DNA of 64,000 nucleotides from Azolla caroliniana (lineage: Eukaryota > Plantae > Polypodiophyta): NCBI GenBank assembly GCA_043228905.1, contig JBHGNT010000017.1, positions 12,276,001 through 12,340,000 of the forward strand, in the 5' to 3' direction. Shown here piece by piece: positions 39,900 to 51,462 of the stretch; the first letter of the stretch is position 1, and every line of letters starts with the position of its first letter. The position numbers and the translations under genes are program-made. The notes beneath the pieces were generated by a model. The model ran no database searches. It was not told where the DNA came from and saw only the letters and a program-made list of their open reading frames with translations.

Positions 39900-40400
39900 G
39901 GTGGTTCGAAGTTCTTCGAACTGGGAGTGAGTGGTTCGAAGGGTACCTCTCATCGAACCAGGAGGAAGGGGTTCGAAGAGTACCTTTGAACCGGGGGAAA
40001 GGGGTTCGAGGAGAACCTCTCTTCGAACTGGCAAGGGGTTCGAAGAGGACTGCTCCTCAAACCGGGGAAAGGTTCGAAAAGTACCTCATCTTCGAACTGG
40101 GGGGAAGGGGTTCGGAGAGAACCTCTCTTCGAACCGGGGAGAAGGGGTTCAAAGAGAACCTCTCCTCGAACTGGTGGTGAGGGGTTCGAGGAGTGAGTCT
40201 CTTCGAACTGGGGAGAAGGGGTTCGAGGAGAACCTCTCTTCGAACCGGCGAGGGGTTCGAAGAGTATTGCTCCTCGAATCGGGGAAGGGTTCCACGAGGA
40301 CCTCTCCTCAAACCGGGGAGGGGTTTGAAGAGTACTGCTCTTCGAACCGGGACAGGGTTGGAGGGTGGGGGTTCGAAGAGGACTTCTCTTCAAACCTGGG
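39900..40400. repeat. Degenerate TTCGAAC/GGGGTTCGA tandem array in the 3' region of the Athila-like element
   Basis: ~38-bp units, GGGGTTCGA(G/A)GAG..CTCTTCGAAC(C/T)GG. Confidence 0.85.
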
Positions 40401-41446
40401 GGTAGTACCGTGGGGGGAGGCGAGGAGGCCGCTTGCAAAGCGGCCCGATATGACCGCCAGCGACAAGATGGTGGGGGAAAACGGTGCGGCCGCTGTCGTG
40501 GTCACCACAGGAGGAGGTGAAGGGTATGGCATTGTCGGGGGCCGAGAGCGCAGGGGGAGGGAGCAAAAACGATCAAACAAATCAATTAAACAACGGATGA
40601 TAGGTCTACCTGAGGGGGAGGCAGTGGCTAGAAGGGACGCGTGGAAGGCGAGACGGGGGGTGGATGGATGCAAAGGCAGGAGCGCAAGCACAGAGGGGAG
40701 CAGGATGAACTATGGAGAAACAGAGAGGGTCATGAGGGGAAAGGAGGGAGAAAAGAAAGAGTTGTGAGGGAGACAGAGGTGGGGCGGAGAAAACAACAAA
40801 AGAAAAGAAAAGAAAAAGCACAAACCGAGACTACCGTAAAAAAACAACCATTCAAAAAAACAAAAACAAAACAAAACAAAAGTAAAAGACAAACCGAGAC
40901 TACCATTAAAAAAAAAAACAATCACAACCAAAAACAAAAGAAATGAAAAAGAGAAACCGCGACTACCATGTGACGTAATACAAAAAAGAATGAGCTGAAC
41001 CAAAAAGAGAGTGACCACAAGTAAACATAATCGCCCATGGTGCCCCTAAAAAATAAAGGGTAACTTGAAGATCGGAAGTACTACTACATAGACCGAAGGG
41101 GGGGGTTATTGTCTACCACACACAGTAACAGAGGTCGAGGGAGAAGATGGGCCGAGTAGTTGATGATCGAGATGGCATAAGGTAGGAGGCGGGTCTAAAA
41201 GAGTGTGGGGTGGGGCAAGGTTTATATGTGGACGGTAGAGTTGGACAGGGCCCCCCCGGGGTTTCGTAAGAGTTTGAGAAATTTAGGAGTTTTTGGGAGT
41301 ACTTTAGGGGGTGGGTGGGGGGGGTGTGTTGTTTGAGTGTTGTCCGAGGGTCTTTGTATATTTTTAAGAACCCAGACCGGTGACATCTTTGTCAAAGGAA
41401 CGAGGAGAGCTTGTGAAGTATTTTTATGGGGCATTCGGTCTCCTAG

Positions 41447-42277
41447 CTATTTAGTCTGGTTGAGTTCTAAGGCCTTAACCTGGGCGGGGTATTGGACCGA
41501 TGTGCGCAGTTGTCGGGTGTCCCGTGTAGTCGTGGTACGGTCGTGGGTGGGAAGCCGGCTTCGTTTCGGGACCCAGAAGCTAGTGGCGCCTTTGTGCCAA
41601 CCTTGGGCGTTTGTGAGTGCTTTTCTGACTCGCCAAATAGCATGTTCTCCATGGCGTGGTCCTTCAGCGAAAATCGCATGGATGTGCACCCATTTGTGTG
41701 GCGCAGGTGTCCTTGTTCCGATATTAGCGTTGCTCTGGTCGTGGGTGGCCAGTGGTTGTGTGCGTTCTTTTTGGTTGGGTGGTTTCGCACTTTGGAGTTT
41801 GTCGAGATCGATGGGGCGTGGTTCGAGTGTTGTTGTAACGAGTTTCTCAAACTTCACCCCATTTACCATTTGGAAGGAGACAGTGTTCTTGCTTGGTGAC
41901 AAGAGGCATTCGCTTATGTGACACCAATCCAAACCAAGGAGGCACTGGGTGAACAACACTTCCGGTGGGAGTACTCGAACTAGAATTGAGTGGTCGTTGT
42001 ATTTTGTCTTGATGTTACACACGAAGGTTCTGAGGCAGCATGATGTGGAACCATTGAAGCCACGGAAGTTGTCGGTGCATACTTCGAGGTTTGGGCAACC
42101 TAGACGTCCCCATGTCTCGAAGGAGAAAATGGTTAGTGATGCTTCGGTGTCGATTACCGCCATTAAAGGTACGTCATCGGCAAAGCATGGTAGTTGCGTC
42201 GTCACGCCATTAGAGTCGACCACCTTAGCCATGGTTGTCGGGTGGGTGTTCCCTTGTCTTTTCAGTTTCGCTTGCAC
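41447..42277 (-). CDS. Second retroviral-type aspartic protease-like ORF downstream of the integrase tail
   Basis: AVIDTEASLTIFSFETWGRLG and CLLGLDW parallel VIIDTGARVSIVSYKHWCKWG and CLLGRPF of the 42350-43261 protease. Confidence 0.7.
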   Translation of the reverse strand: MQAKLKRQGNTHPTTMAKVVDSNGVTTQLPCFADDVPLMAVIDTEASLTIFSFETWGRLGCPNLEVCTDNFRGFNGSTSCCLRTFVCNIKTKYNDHSILVRVLPPEVLFTQCLLGLDWCHISECLLSPSKNTVSFQMVNGVKFEKLVTTTLEPRPIDLDKLQSAKPPNQKERTQPLATHDQSNANIGTRTPAPHKWVHIHAIFAEGPRHGEHAIWRVRKALTNAQGWHKGATSFWVPKRSRLPTHDRTTTTRDTRQLRTSVQYPAQVKALELNQTK

Positions 42278-45200
42278 ATTGCGAAGGTCAGTTTCTAGTC
42301 AAGCCATTTGACCTTCGGATGCCTTAAGATTTGCTTCCACTTCTCGTTGTCAAACCGTGAGTAGGACTTCGAGGGTGAGGGGTCCATAGTAACGTTTGAG
42401 CTTGCTCCCATTGATGAATCCTGGGGTGTCGAGTCCTTTGGGCGTGCGTATTCGACATGCTCCTGTCTTGGTAATCTCTGAGACCACATAGGGGCCTTCG
42501 CCACATAATTTGAGCTTCTTTTTGTGTCGTTGAGAGGTGAATTTGAGAGCCATGTCCCCTTCAGCTAGGTCTTCGTCTTTTACATCTACTTGTTTTTGCT
42601 GAGGTATGAGAGTGGTAACATTAAAACATGAGATCATGTCTCCATCCTCGTCGTGACACTTTGTACCAATGGGGTACATTGCGTCTGTCGTGGAGAGAGC
42701 ATGCACCCAATTCATCTCTGACGCATCAGAAGCTATGGATTGGTCTTGTCTTGCATTCTCTGCCCTAGGATTAGTGGATTTATGGGGAAACGGGTGACCC
42801 CTAGCCAAGATCTGAACTGTTTTTGTGGGGTTGCATGCTAGGAAGTTGGTCTCAAACTTAGTGGTTTCTGACCAATTGTCCACGAGAGGGCTACCTTCTT
42901 GTTCGTGCACTTTTTGTGTGTATGCTTTGATGTGAAAGGTTTTGTTGTTTTTACGCATATAGATTGTATCGTTCCCGAAATCCATCACAAGGTGGCTTAC
43001 ACGTAGGAATGGTCTCCCTAGTAAGCACTCGTTAACCACCTGATTGGATGATCTTGTGATGACGAAGGTGAGATTGAACTCGACCCTGTGGATAGTGAAG
43101 TGGTGCGCAGGGATCATGCCTTCTGGCCGTTGGATATACTCATCTGCCATTCGGAGTTTGACATCTGAAGGAAGCATTTTTGGGTTCCCCCACTTACACC
43201 AATGTTTGTAGCTGACTATACTTACCCTTGCTCCGGTGTCAATGATCACGTCACACGTCACGTCGTGCCGTTGACGTAGACAGGGAGAGTGAAACTAGTA
43301 TCGTCACTCTCGAAGTGAGCTTCATATATATCTACTGGTGTTCCTTCGGGTTGTTTGGGGACTGTGGTCATATGAGGAATGTGGGTGTGTATCTTTTTTT
43401 CATAAATTGCTAATAGGCCTCCATTGAGGTGGCGAAGGACGTCGTGCCATGGTTGGATGTCGAGTTTCAATAGCTCTTCAAGTGTGAACTCTATTTCCTT
43501 GGCGAGTATAAGTCGTAGTTGGGGGTTGTCGCTCACGAAGGTGCCAGTGTAGCTCTGTACTTCTCGTAATGTGAGTCGTAATTTTAAATTTAATATTTGT
43601 TGGAGCAGGGCTGTGTTGACCTCTTTGATTGGGGTAGATTGGCAGATGGGGGTGTCTGTTAGTCTTACAACGGGGGGGGTGTATCCGTGTGTTGGGGTTG
43701 AGGATTTACCTATTCTTCGAGTTGGTCGAAGTTTAGGCTTGGGAGACTAAGCGATCTTTTGCACTGTTCGTGTCGTATGAGTTTGATGTACTCTTTGAAC
43801 TTTTGTTTTTCAGCCACTCGGTTTGGGTATGTTGCTAGGTGTGCTGGCAACGCTTGGTTAGGGTTGACGGGTATTGTTTCTACGTCTCCGTCCGGTTCTT
43901 AATCTTGCTTTGAGGCTTGCGTGGATGCATTTTTTGGATTTTCGTCTCTTACGTGTAGTCATGGGGAGGCCTTGGTCATGATACTTTAAGTTATGAGCTA
44001 CTCTCTGAGCTCATGTGATGACGTTAGCACCCACCGTTGATGGTACGATAGATAACAGATTTGCGCCAATCCGTTTCTTTTTTTCTGGGCAATCAGGTAG
44101 TAAGTGCTCTTTACCGCACCCTGGGCATGATGCTTCTCTTTGGAACCACTCGATAAGGTCGTATGACTATTGGGTGAGATTTTGTACCAATGGTTGTGGG
44201 GGTGTTTTGAGTGGGGGGTGTCGTGGTCATTTTTTCATCTGGTTGTAGTACTCATGTTTGGTTGTGCACTTGCTCACCATGTGTGGGACTTGGCAATTGA
44301 AACACTTTAATTCTAACCTTCTTAGACCATTATTGTTGCGTTATCCCATAGACGGGCCCCTTTGTTCTCCTCTCAAGTCGTACACAGGTATTTGGTCGCC
44401 GTCGAAGTCCACGAAGTGGGAAAACACCTCTTCTTTAAAATCGTACTCCTGGTATGAGTCTTCATATTCGGGGGTGCACCCCCAACCTGAGTTTGGTTAT
44501 CGGTCGCATATTCTAGTTTGGTGAGGCGAGTGCTGATACGTGGTAGTGGGGGTTGTTGGGGAAGTATTGCTGGTAGTTGTAGGTGGCTAAGCGGTGGAGG
44601 TGAGCATGGGTGCTCGACCATTGGGTTTTGGCTATACCTTTCATTTGGGGCTTGCCAACAGTTCTCTTGAGAATGCATCACGAAGGCTTTGCACCACTTA
44701 CAGTATTGCGGCCATCGTTGGTGGAGGAGAGGGCACTCATGCCCCGTGTGGTGGCCATGGCACACTATAAACCTTACATTTTCTCTTTGGGCGTATGCTT
44801 GGGTTCTTTCTATACGGGGTGGTCTCGGTGGCGTGGGTGGGGTGGGGTCCGAGGGCTTCTCACGGTTGTTCGCAGGCGCTTGAGTGGGTATCCGTAACCC
44901 ACTCATTGAATCTTCGAAAGTCATCACTATTGTGCAGGCTTCAACGAATGACCGACACATCCTGGCAGTCAGGAAATTTTGGAGTGTCGGGTCAAACAAC
45001 CCATTGATGAAGCAATTCATCAATTTTTCATCCGACATCTTGTCGCTCGGGCTACAATGATGGTGAAGGCTTTTCGTGCGGCGTATGTAGTCCCTGACCG
45101 TCTCATTTGCTTCTTGTTTGAGCGCGAAAAGTTGGTCGATCAGGTTCCATTTATTCCCTCAACGAGCGAAGTTTATTAGGAAATCTTCGATGACATACTC

Positions 45201-46124
45201 GAAGTTCGTGACGATGTCCTCATTCAAGGTTCTAAACCAAATTCGGGCTTGGTCATCAAGTGTAAGTCCGAATGCGGCTACTTTGGTGGTCTCTATGAGG
45301 GGCTCATAAGCATGACATATCTACTTGAACCTTTCTACGTGATCATAGGCGTCACCGAAACCGGGAAAGCGGGATACTAGTTGAGAAATGGAAGCACTCT
45401 TCCCGCTGTCGTTTGTGGGGTTTCTCACATTGTCAGTGGGTGCTCGCTCTTTTTCCATCAATGCCACGAGGGTTTGGATGGATTGCAATGCTAGTGCAAG
45501 TTCGGTGTTCGGGGGTGCTGAGGTAGTTTGGTCGGGTGTAGGGGTCGTGTCCATACATGGCGGTGTCGGGTGTCGTTGTGTGTGTGCTTCGTTTGGGCTG
45601 TCGCCCGTTGTGGTCGAATGTGGTGTGGGGCTGAGCTCACGGCCTCGATGGTGCGTATGTAACGATGCTTCTAGGAGGTGATGTTTTTGTTGCACTCGTG
45701 CAAACCTCTCTTTCCTTTCTGCCAAAGTGGCTTCAATATCTCAGGTGATGATTTCCAGTTGTCCCCCTTTCGCGAGCTGCGTCATCCATATATTGATTTC
45801 TGGTTCTATCACACGTAACTCTTGCGCGGCATCCCGTACGTGTCGCTCTACGCTGAGTGGGTCTGCCATTGGGCTCTCCTGTAGTGGGGGGTGTGTTGAG
45901 AGGTGCTTTAGTTGCCGGGCTCGATGGGAGGTTCATGTTTGGTAGTGTCCCCGGGGTTAATCACATTCCGTGGTATCAAGTCGGGTTAGACGGGTCAACA
46001 CTATGTGTTTGGTTGGTTTGTCTGGACTCCTCCTGGCGTGTGGGTCGGGTTTTGAACATCTCCATCCATGAGGATCCAACCATATTCTTGTATCACGCTT
46101 TGTGGGTTTGTCGAAGGATGTCCT

Positions 46125-46535
46125 CTTGTTGAACTTGATCTTTCGTCGAAAGATGTGGGTTCGACGAACTTTGAGGGTTTGGCAAACTTTGACCTTTCGT
46201 CGAAAGATGTGGGTTCGTCGAACTTTGATCTTTCGTCGAAGGATGTGGGTTCGTCGAACCTTGAGGGTTTGGTAAACTTTGACCTTTCGTCGAAAGATGT
46301 GGTTTCATCGAACTTTGAGGGTTTGGCAAACTTTGACCTTTCGTCGAAAGATGTGGGTTCGTCGAACTTTGATCTTTCGTCGAACCTTGAGGGTTTGGTA
46401 AACTTTGACGTTTCGTCGAACTTTGATCTTTCGTCGAACTTTGTGGGTTTGGCAAACTTTTACCTTTTGTCAAAAGATGTGGGTTCGTCGAACTTTGAGG
46501 GTTTGGCAAACTTTGATCTTTCGTCGAAGGATGCT
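46125..46535. repeat. Tandem array (TTTGACCTTTCGTCGAAAGATGTGGGTTCGTCGAAC) in the 5' leader of the Athila-like element
   Basis: Repetitive ORF-track peptide FDLSSKDVGSSNFEGLAN. Confidence 0.9.
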
Positions 46536-49151
46536 TCCCTTATAGAACTCTGAACTTTCGACGAACTTTCAGTGAGAAATTTGAATTTTTTGGCACCGAT
46601 GGCCATTTCGTGTCCCATAGGATGATTGTAATCAATGAGAATTGTGGTGATTCTTCTTGCCCTGCAACGGCAAAATCTCAACAATGCTTAGCATTAACCG
46701 GACGAATAGCTTGCTAATGTCCGGGCGATTAAGGAAGGGTAAATTAAAACTAAACAAAATAGAAAATTAACTTAATTAAAATGTGAAATAGCAAGTATTT
46801 TAATTAACACAAATAGTGGTTTCCTTTCGATTTCTTCCCTCGTTAAGTGGGTTGCATACTAGTGTTTGACCACTCTAAGTCGGCTTCAAATGTCGGTCGT
46901 ATCCCTGGCAGTGGCGCCAAATAGATGTGTAGGATCTATGTAACTCCTCGATGTCGTTTGCAGAGTTCGGACCGGCAATACCCTTTTGATGGCGAATCGG
47001 GCGGAGATGGTTGTCGGACACCTCCGAGCCTCACACTCAACGATTAATAGATGATTAAGTACGATATCTCTCTCACTCTCTCAAGCTCGCTCTCATAGAC
47101 AATAAGGGAATGAATTTAGACAATAAGAGTAATGAATATGCTTATTAACCCTCTTCGCTAAGAGGTCTAGCACCAACAAGGAAGAGAGATTAGTGTTCTC
47201 TAACTAAACATTTCACTAATCTCTCTTAAGCTTAAATGTTACAAGAAGGAGAGAGGAAGCTCTAGCTCTTAATCAATAGGGAGATCTTTGCAAATGGAAG
47301 AACCCTTACAAAGCCACCACCATGTGGTTTATATAGCATTTACATTTAGGGTATGGACCTTTCACACTTGGGTGTCCCTTAGCCCTCTTTCCTCTTGTCA
47401 TTCCCTTTTCATAAGTCCTTTAGCCACACTACGTCCTTGTTGATACGCTTTTCTTCATTATCGGTCGTGGTGCGATCCAAGCGCTTAACAATGATTTGTT
47501 ATTAACTTTCCACTAAGATCCAAGATCGCTTACAGAAGCAATAAGTCGTGCGGTGCTATGTGACAAACGCTTATTCGAGCGACGTTCAGAATGCCAACTA
47601 ATGTCACAGCCAAGAACGGATTAAACATATGCTTTAGTAGTAGCCTCGACACCTACGAGCACTACCCAAACTTCACACAGGATTCCATCAACTGGTCCAA
47701 GTCCGATGGAGATCAATGTAACATGTCATCGAGGGCCTTTGTCTGAAGCTGAGAAGCAACAACGCCGAACAAACCGTCTATGTTTGTATTGTGGTGGTCT
47801 GGGACACATAGCAATCACTACCCAAATAGGCCAAAACGACAAGAAAATCAAGTAAGTACTAGTGAGAAACTTAATTCCAATTCCCTAGTTAGATCATCTA
47901 TCCCTAGTAGCCCCACATGTCTAGGCCAGTCCAATAGTTTTGAGGTCTTGAGTCAACTCGATGAAATATTAAACGAATAAGTCCAATAAAAATCGGAGCC
48001 ATTTGGTTGGACAAACCAGAATACGTAAAGTCAGCCTCAAGCAATGATTCCATTTTAGCGAATCATGTTAGTAGAGTTTTTTTAGCACAAGTTGAGCTTA
48101 GCACTTCTAGGTGTCATCAAGTTCTTGCATCTGCACTCTTAGATTTAGGAGCCAACTCTTGTTTTATGGACAAAGAATTTGCTTTATCCCAAAAAATCCT
48201 ATTGAGAAACCTCCCTTGTCCTGCATCCGTTGTAGTCATTGATGGTCATCCTATTGCATCTAGGGATATAGTCGAAGAATCCGAGTAGTCCTTGGTAGCT
48301 TTTCTTGTGTGATTTCCTTCAATATAATTAGTAGCCCTGAGCATCCGGTTATCCTTAGTTTGCCTTGGTTTGAGCTTCATAATCCTGAAATTGACTGGAG
48401 AAATTGAGCAATCAATGATTTCCAACAGAAACCTGAATCCAACAGTCTTGTTACTACCATCCAAGATTCAAAACCTCACCAAATCTCGCTCATATCTCTA
48501 CAAAACTTACGAGAAGATGGGCAGACAAATGAAATGTTTGTCTTTGCAATAATGACAAATCCATACTCTAGTTCACAAGGGGCATGTACTCACCTCCCTA
48601 CTAAGTACTTGTATTTTGAAGAAATCTTCAACTAAACTAAAGCTAGTTCTCTTCCAGACCATCGTCCTTACGATTGTCTGATCGATCTACAACCTGGGAA
48701 AGAGCCACCATGGGGCCCAATATATAATCTATCACCTTCTGAACTCAAGGCCCTTCGAGAGTATATAGATGAGCACTTTGCAAATGGATTCATTCGACAT
48801 TCTAAAAGCCTTGCTGGTGCACCCATATTCTTTGTCAAGAAGAAAGACGGGTCTTTACGATTGGTCGTGGATTATCGAGGTTTAAACAAAATCACAGTTC
48901 GAAATAAATATGCTCTACCCTTGATATCGAGTTTACTAGAGTGCCTTAGTGGAGCTAAAGTTTTCACAAACCTAGACCTTCGAGGCGCATATAACCTTGT
49001 TTGGATAAGTCCAGGATATGAATGGAAGACAACATTCTAGATTCGATATGGACAGTTCGAGTACACGGTTATGCCTTTTGGTCTCACGAATGCGCCCACA
49101 GTTTTTGAACACATGGCGAATGATATTTTTCGCGAACTCTTGGATTCATTT

Positions 49152-49588
49152 TGTTACCTATTAGGAACACAGTCTGCGGTCAGTCCTTCGACCTAGACCT
49201 ACAAGTGATTGTGAAACAACGAATGGTGGCGTTTATGCGTATACGTAGGGGTATGTTCCCCGTAACCTAGCAGCGTATAAGGGAGACGGCTACAACCGAC
49301 TCCTTAGCAGTGGTTACACTCATGTTCTTACACTCTCAGGTGTTCCAGACACACAGTAGATTAGTTGTAGCTATACACAGATTTTCAGAGAAGATAGAAT
49401 TCTATTAGGATACACTCTTTACATTCCAAAAATACACGCTCCCTCTATCAAAGGTTTTCTACCCTTTATATACGCGGGGTCTATTTAGCCGTTCATGCTT
49501 CCTGCGTGAACCGTTAGATGCATTATGATCTTATATTATTTCTTATTCCTACGCTCTTGTCCGTCGGTTACTATTCCGGCAAACAACA
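49152..49588. mobile_element. Solo LTR inserted in gypsy RT
   Basis: TGTT..AACA ends and perfect 5-bp TSD CATTT. Removing it restores [12 protein letters not shown]. Confidence 0.92.
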
Positions 49589-50990
49589 CATTTACCATAA
49601 TATATCTTGATGACATCTTGATCTACTCGAAAAGTCAAGAAGAGCATGACACACATGTCCGCCAAGTCCTCCAACGCTTACGAGAATATGGGCTCTATGC
49701 CAAACTTGAGAAATGTGGCTTTGATCAAAACCATGTGGAGTTTCTAGGGTGTGGTTTCACAACAAGGTATATCTATGGATCCATCGAAGGTGCAGACAAT
49801 TCTAAATTGGGAAACACCTTGGTCAGTGCATGATGTTCAATGTTTCTTAGGATTTGCAAATTTCTACAGCAAAGTTATCAAGAACTACTCGAACATCGTG
49901 ATGCCTCTCACAGAGCTTACACAAAAGAACAAGTCGTTCACATGGAGTTCCAGTGCAGCCAAAGCTTTTGAAAACCTAAAGAGAGCATTTACTTCTGCTC
50001 CTATTCTACATCATGTTGACCTAGAAAAACCCTTTATCATCGAGGCAGATGCATCTGATTTTGGACTAGGAAGTATTTTGTCGCAGGTTGGAGATGATGG
50101 AAAGCTGCATCCAATTGCTTTCCATTCACGCAATTCGAAGCTGCAGAGATGAATTATGAGATTCACAACAAAGAGCTCCTAGCCATTATAGACTCATTTG
50201 AACAATGGAGGCATCTGTTAGAAGGTTCTCCCCACCAAATCATTGTTTACAATGATCATAAAAACCTCACATACTTTCAAAATGCTAGAGTCTTGAGTCG
50301 ATGCCAAGCTCGTTGGGCACAATTCCTGACGCGTTTTGACTTCCTCATCACATATCGCCCTGGAGTACAACAAGGAAAGACAGACGCTCTATCATGACGA
50401 TCTTATTTAACGCCACAACCAGGTGAGCCCACATTTGATCATGAAAAGCAAGTCATCTTGGGGCCTGATTGGTTACGACTATTGACTATTAATGCCTCTA
50501 AAGCACCTAAAGATTCCAGGCTCCTTCATTCAATCCGAATAGGTATCATTTCTGATGAATTTTCTCAAGATGGATTGAATCATATCATTTCAGATTGTGC
50601 GTCTTCTTCAAAATCCAAGTATCCTTGTAAAGATTATAACCAGTTTCAATGGCAAAATGGGTTACTTTTTCGTAACACTCTTTTGTATGTCCCCAATGGT
50701 TCGTCTTGACTCCAAGTAATGCAATACTGTCATGACAACCCAATGGTTGGTCATTTTGGAATCCACAAAACCTTAGATCTAGTTTCTCGAAACTATTGGT
50801 GGCCTCATCTTCGGGAGTTTGTTGAGGATTATGTTCGTACTTGTGATGTGTGTTGTCAGTTAAAGATTCCGTGACATCGACCATATGGGTTATTACAACC
50901 ATTGCCAGTTCCTACTGGTCTGGGGAAATCCATCTTTGTGGACTTTATAATAGATCTTCCACTTTCAAAGAGTTGTGATGCTATCCTCAC

Positions 50991-51462
50991 TGTAGTAGAT
51001 TGATTCACAAAGATGGCGCATTTTCTTCCATGCACAAAAACTATCAACAGTAAAGAAACTATAGACACCATTATGAAAGGAGTATTTCGGCTTCATGGTC
51101 TTCCAAATGACATCATTAGTGATCGTGGCCCACAATTCAACAGTAAAGAAATTGTAGTAGATTGATTCACAAAGATGGTGCATTTTCTTCCATGCACGAA
51201 AACTATCAACAGTAAAGAAACTACAGACATCATTATGAAAGAAGTATTTCGGCTTCATGGTCTTCCAAATGACATCATTAGTGATCGTGGCCCACAATTC
51301 CACAGTAAAGAAACTGTAGTAGATCTATTCACAAAGATGGCGCATTTTCTTCCATGCACGAAAACTATCAACAATAAAGAAACTACAGACATCATTATGA
51401 AAGAAGTATTTCGGCTTCATGGTCTTCCAAATGACATCATTAGTGATCGTGGCCCACAATTC
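50991..51462 (+). repeat. 162-bp in-frame triplication within integrase
   Basis: VVD.FTKM.HFLPCTKTIN..DIISDRGPQF occurs three times (starts ~50991, 51153, 51315). Confidence 0.93.

Larger units (their letters stand above)
38667..47490 (-). mobile_element. Athila-like non-chromovirus Ty3/gypsy deletion derivative (no RT/RNaseH)
   Basis: LTRs at 38667-39249 and 46926-47490, TSD AAGAT/ATGAT, PBS TGGCGCCACTGCCAGGGA (tRNA-Asp type). Gag (FINGL), Cys/His knuckles, protease IIDTGA and integrase tail (GPY..INGSKLKRY). Confidence 0.85.

Noticed and set aside
39931-40767. 278-aa plus-strand ORF
   Set aside because: Low-complexity translation of a tandem array with no recognisable domain.
46068-46553. 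LRR-looking repetitive ORF (FDLSSN)
   Set aside because: Lies in the retroelement leader repeat array. The resemblance is probably coincidental.
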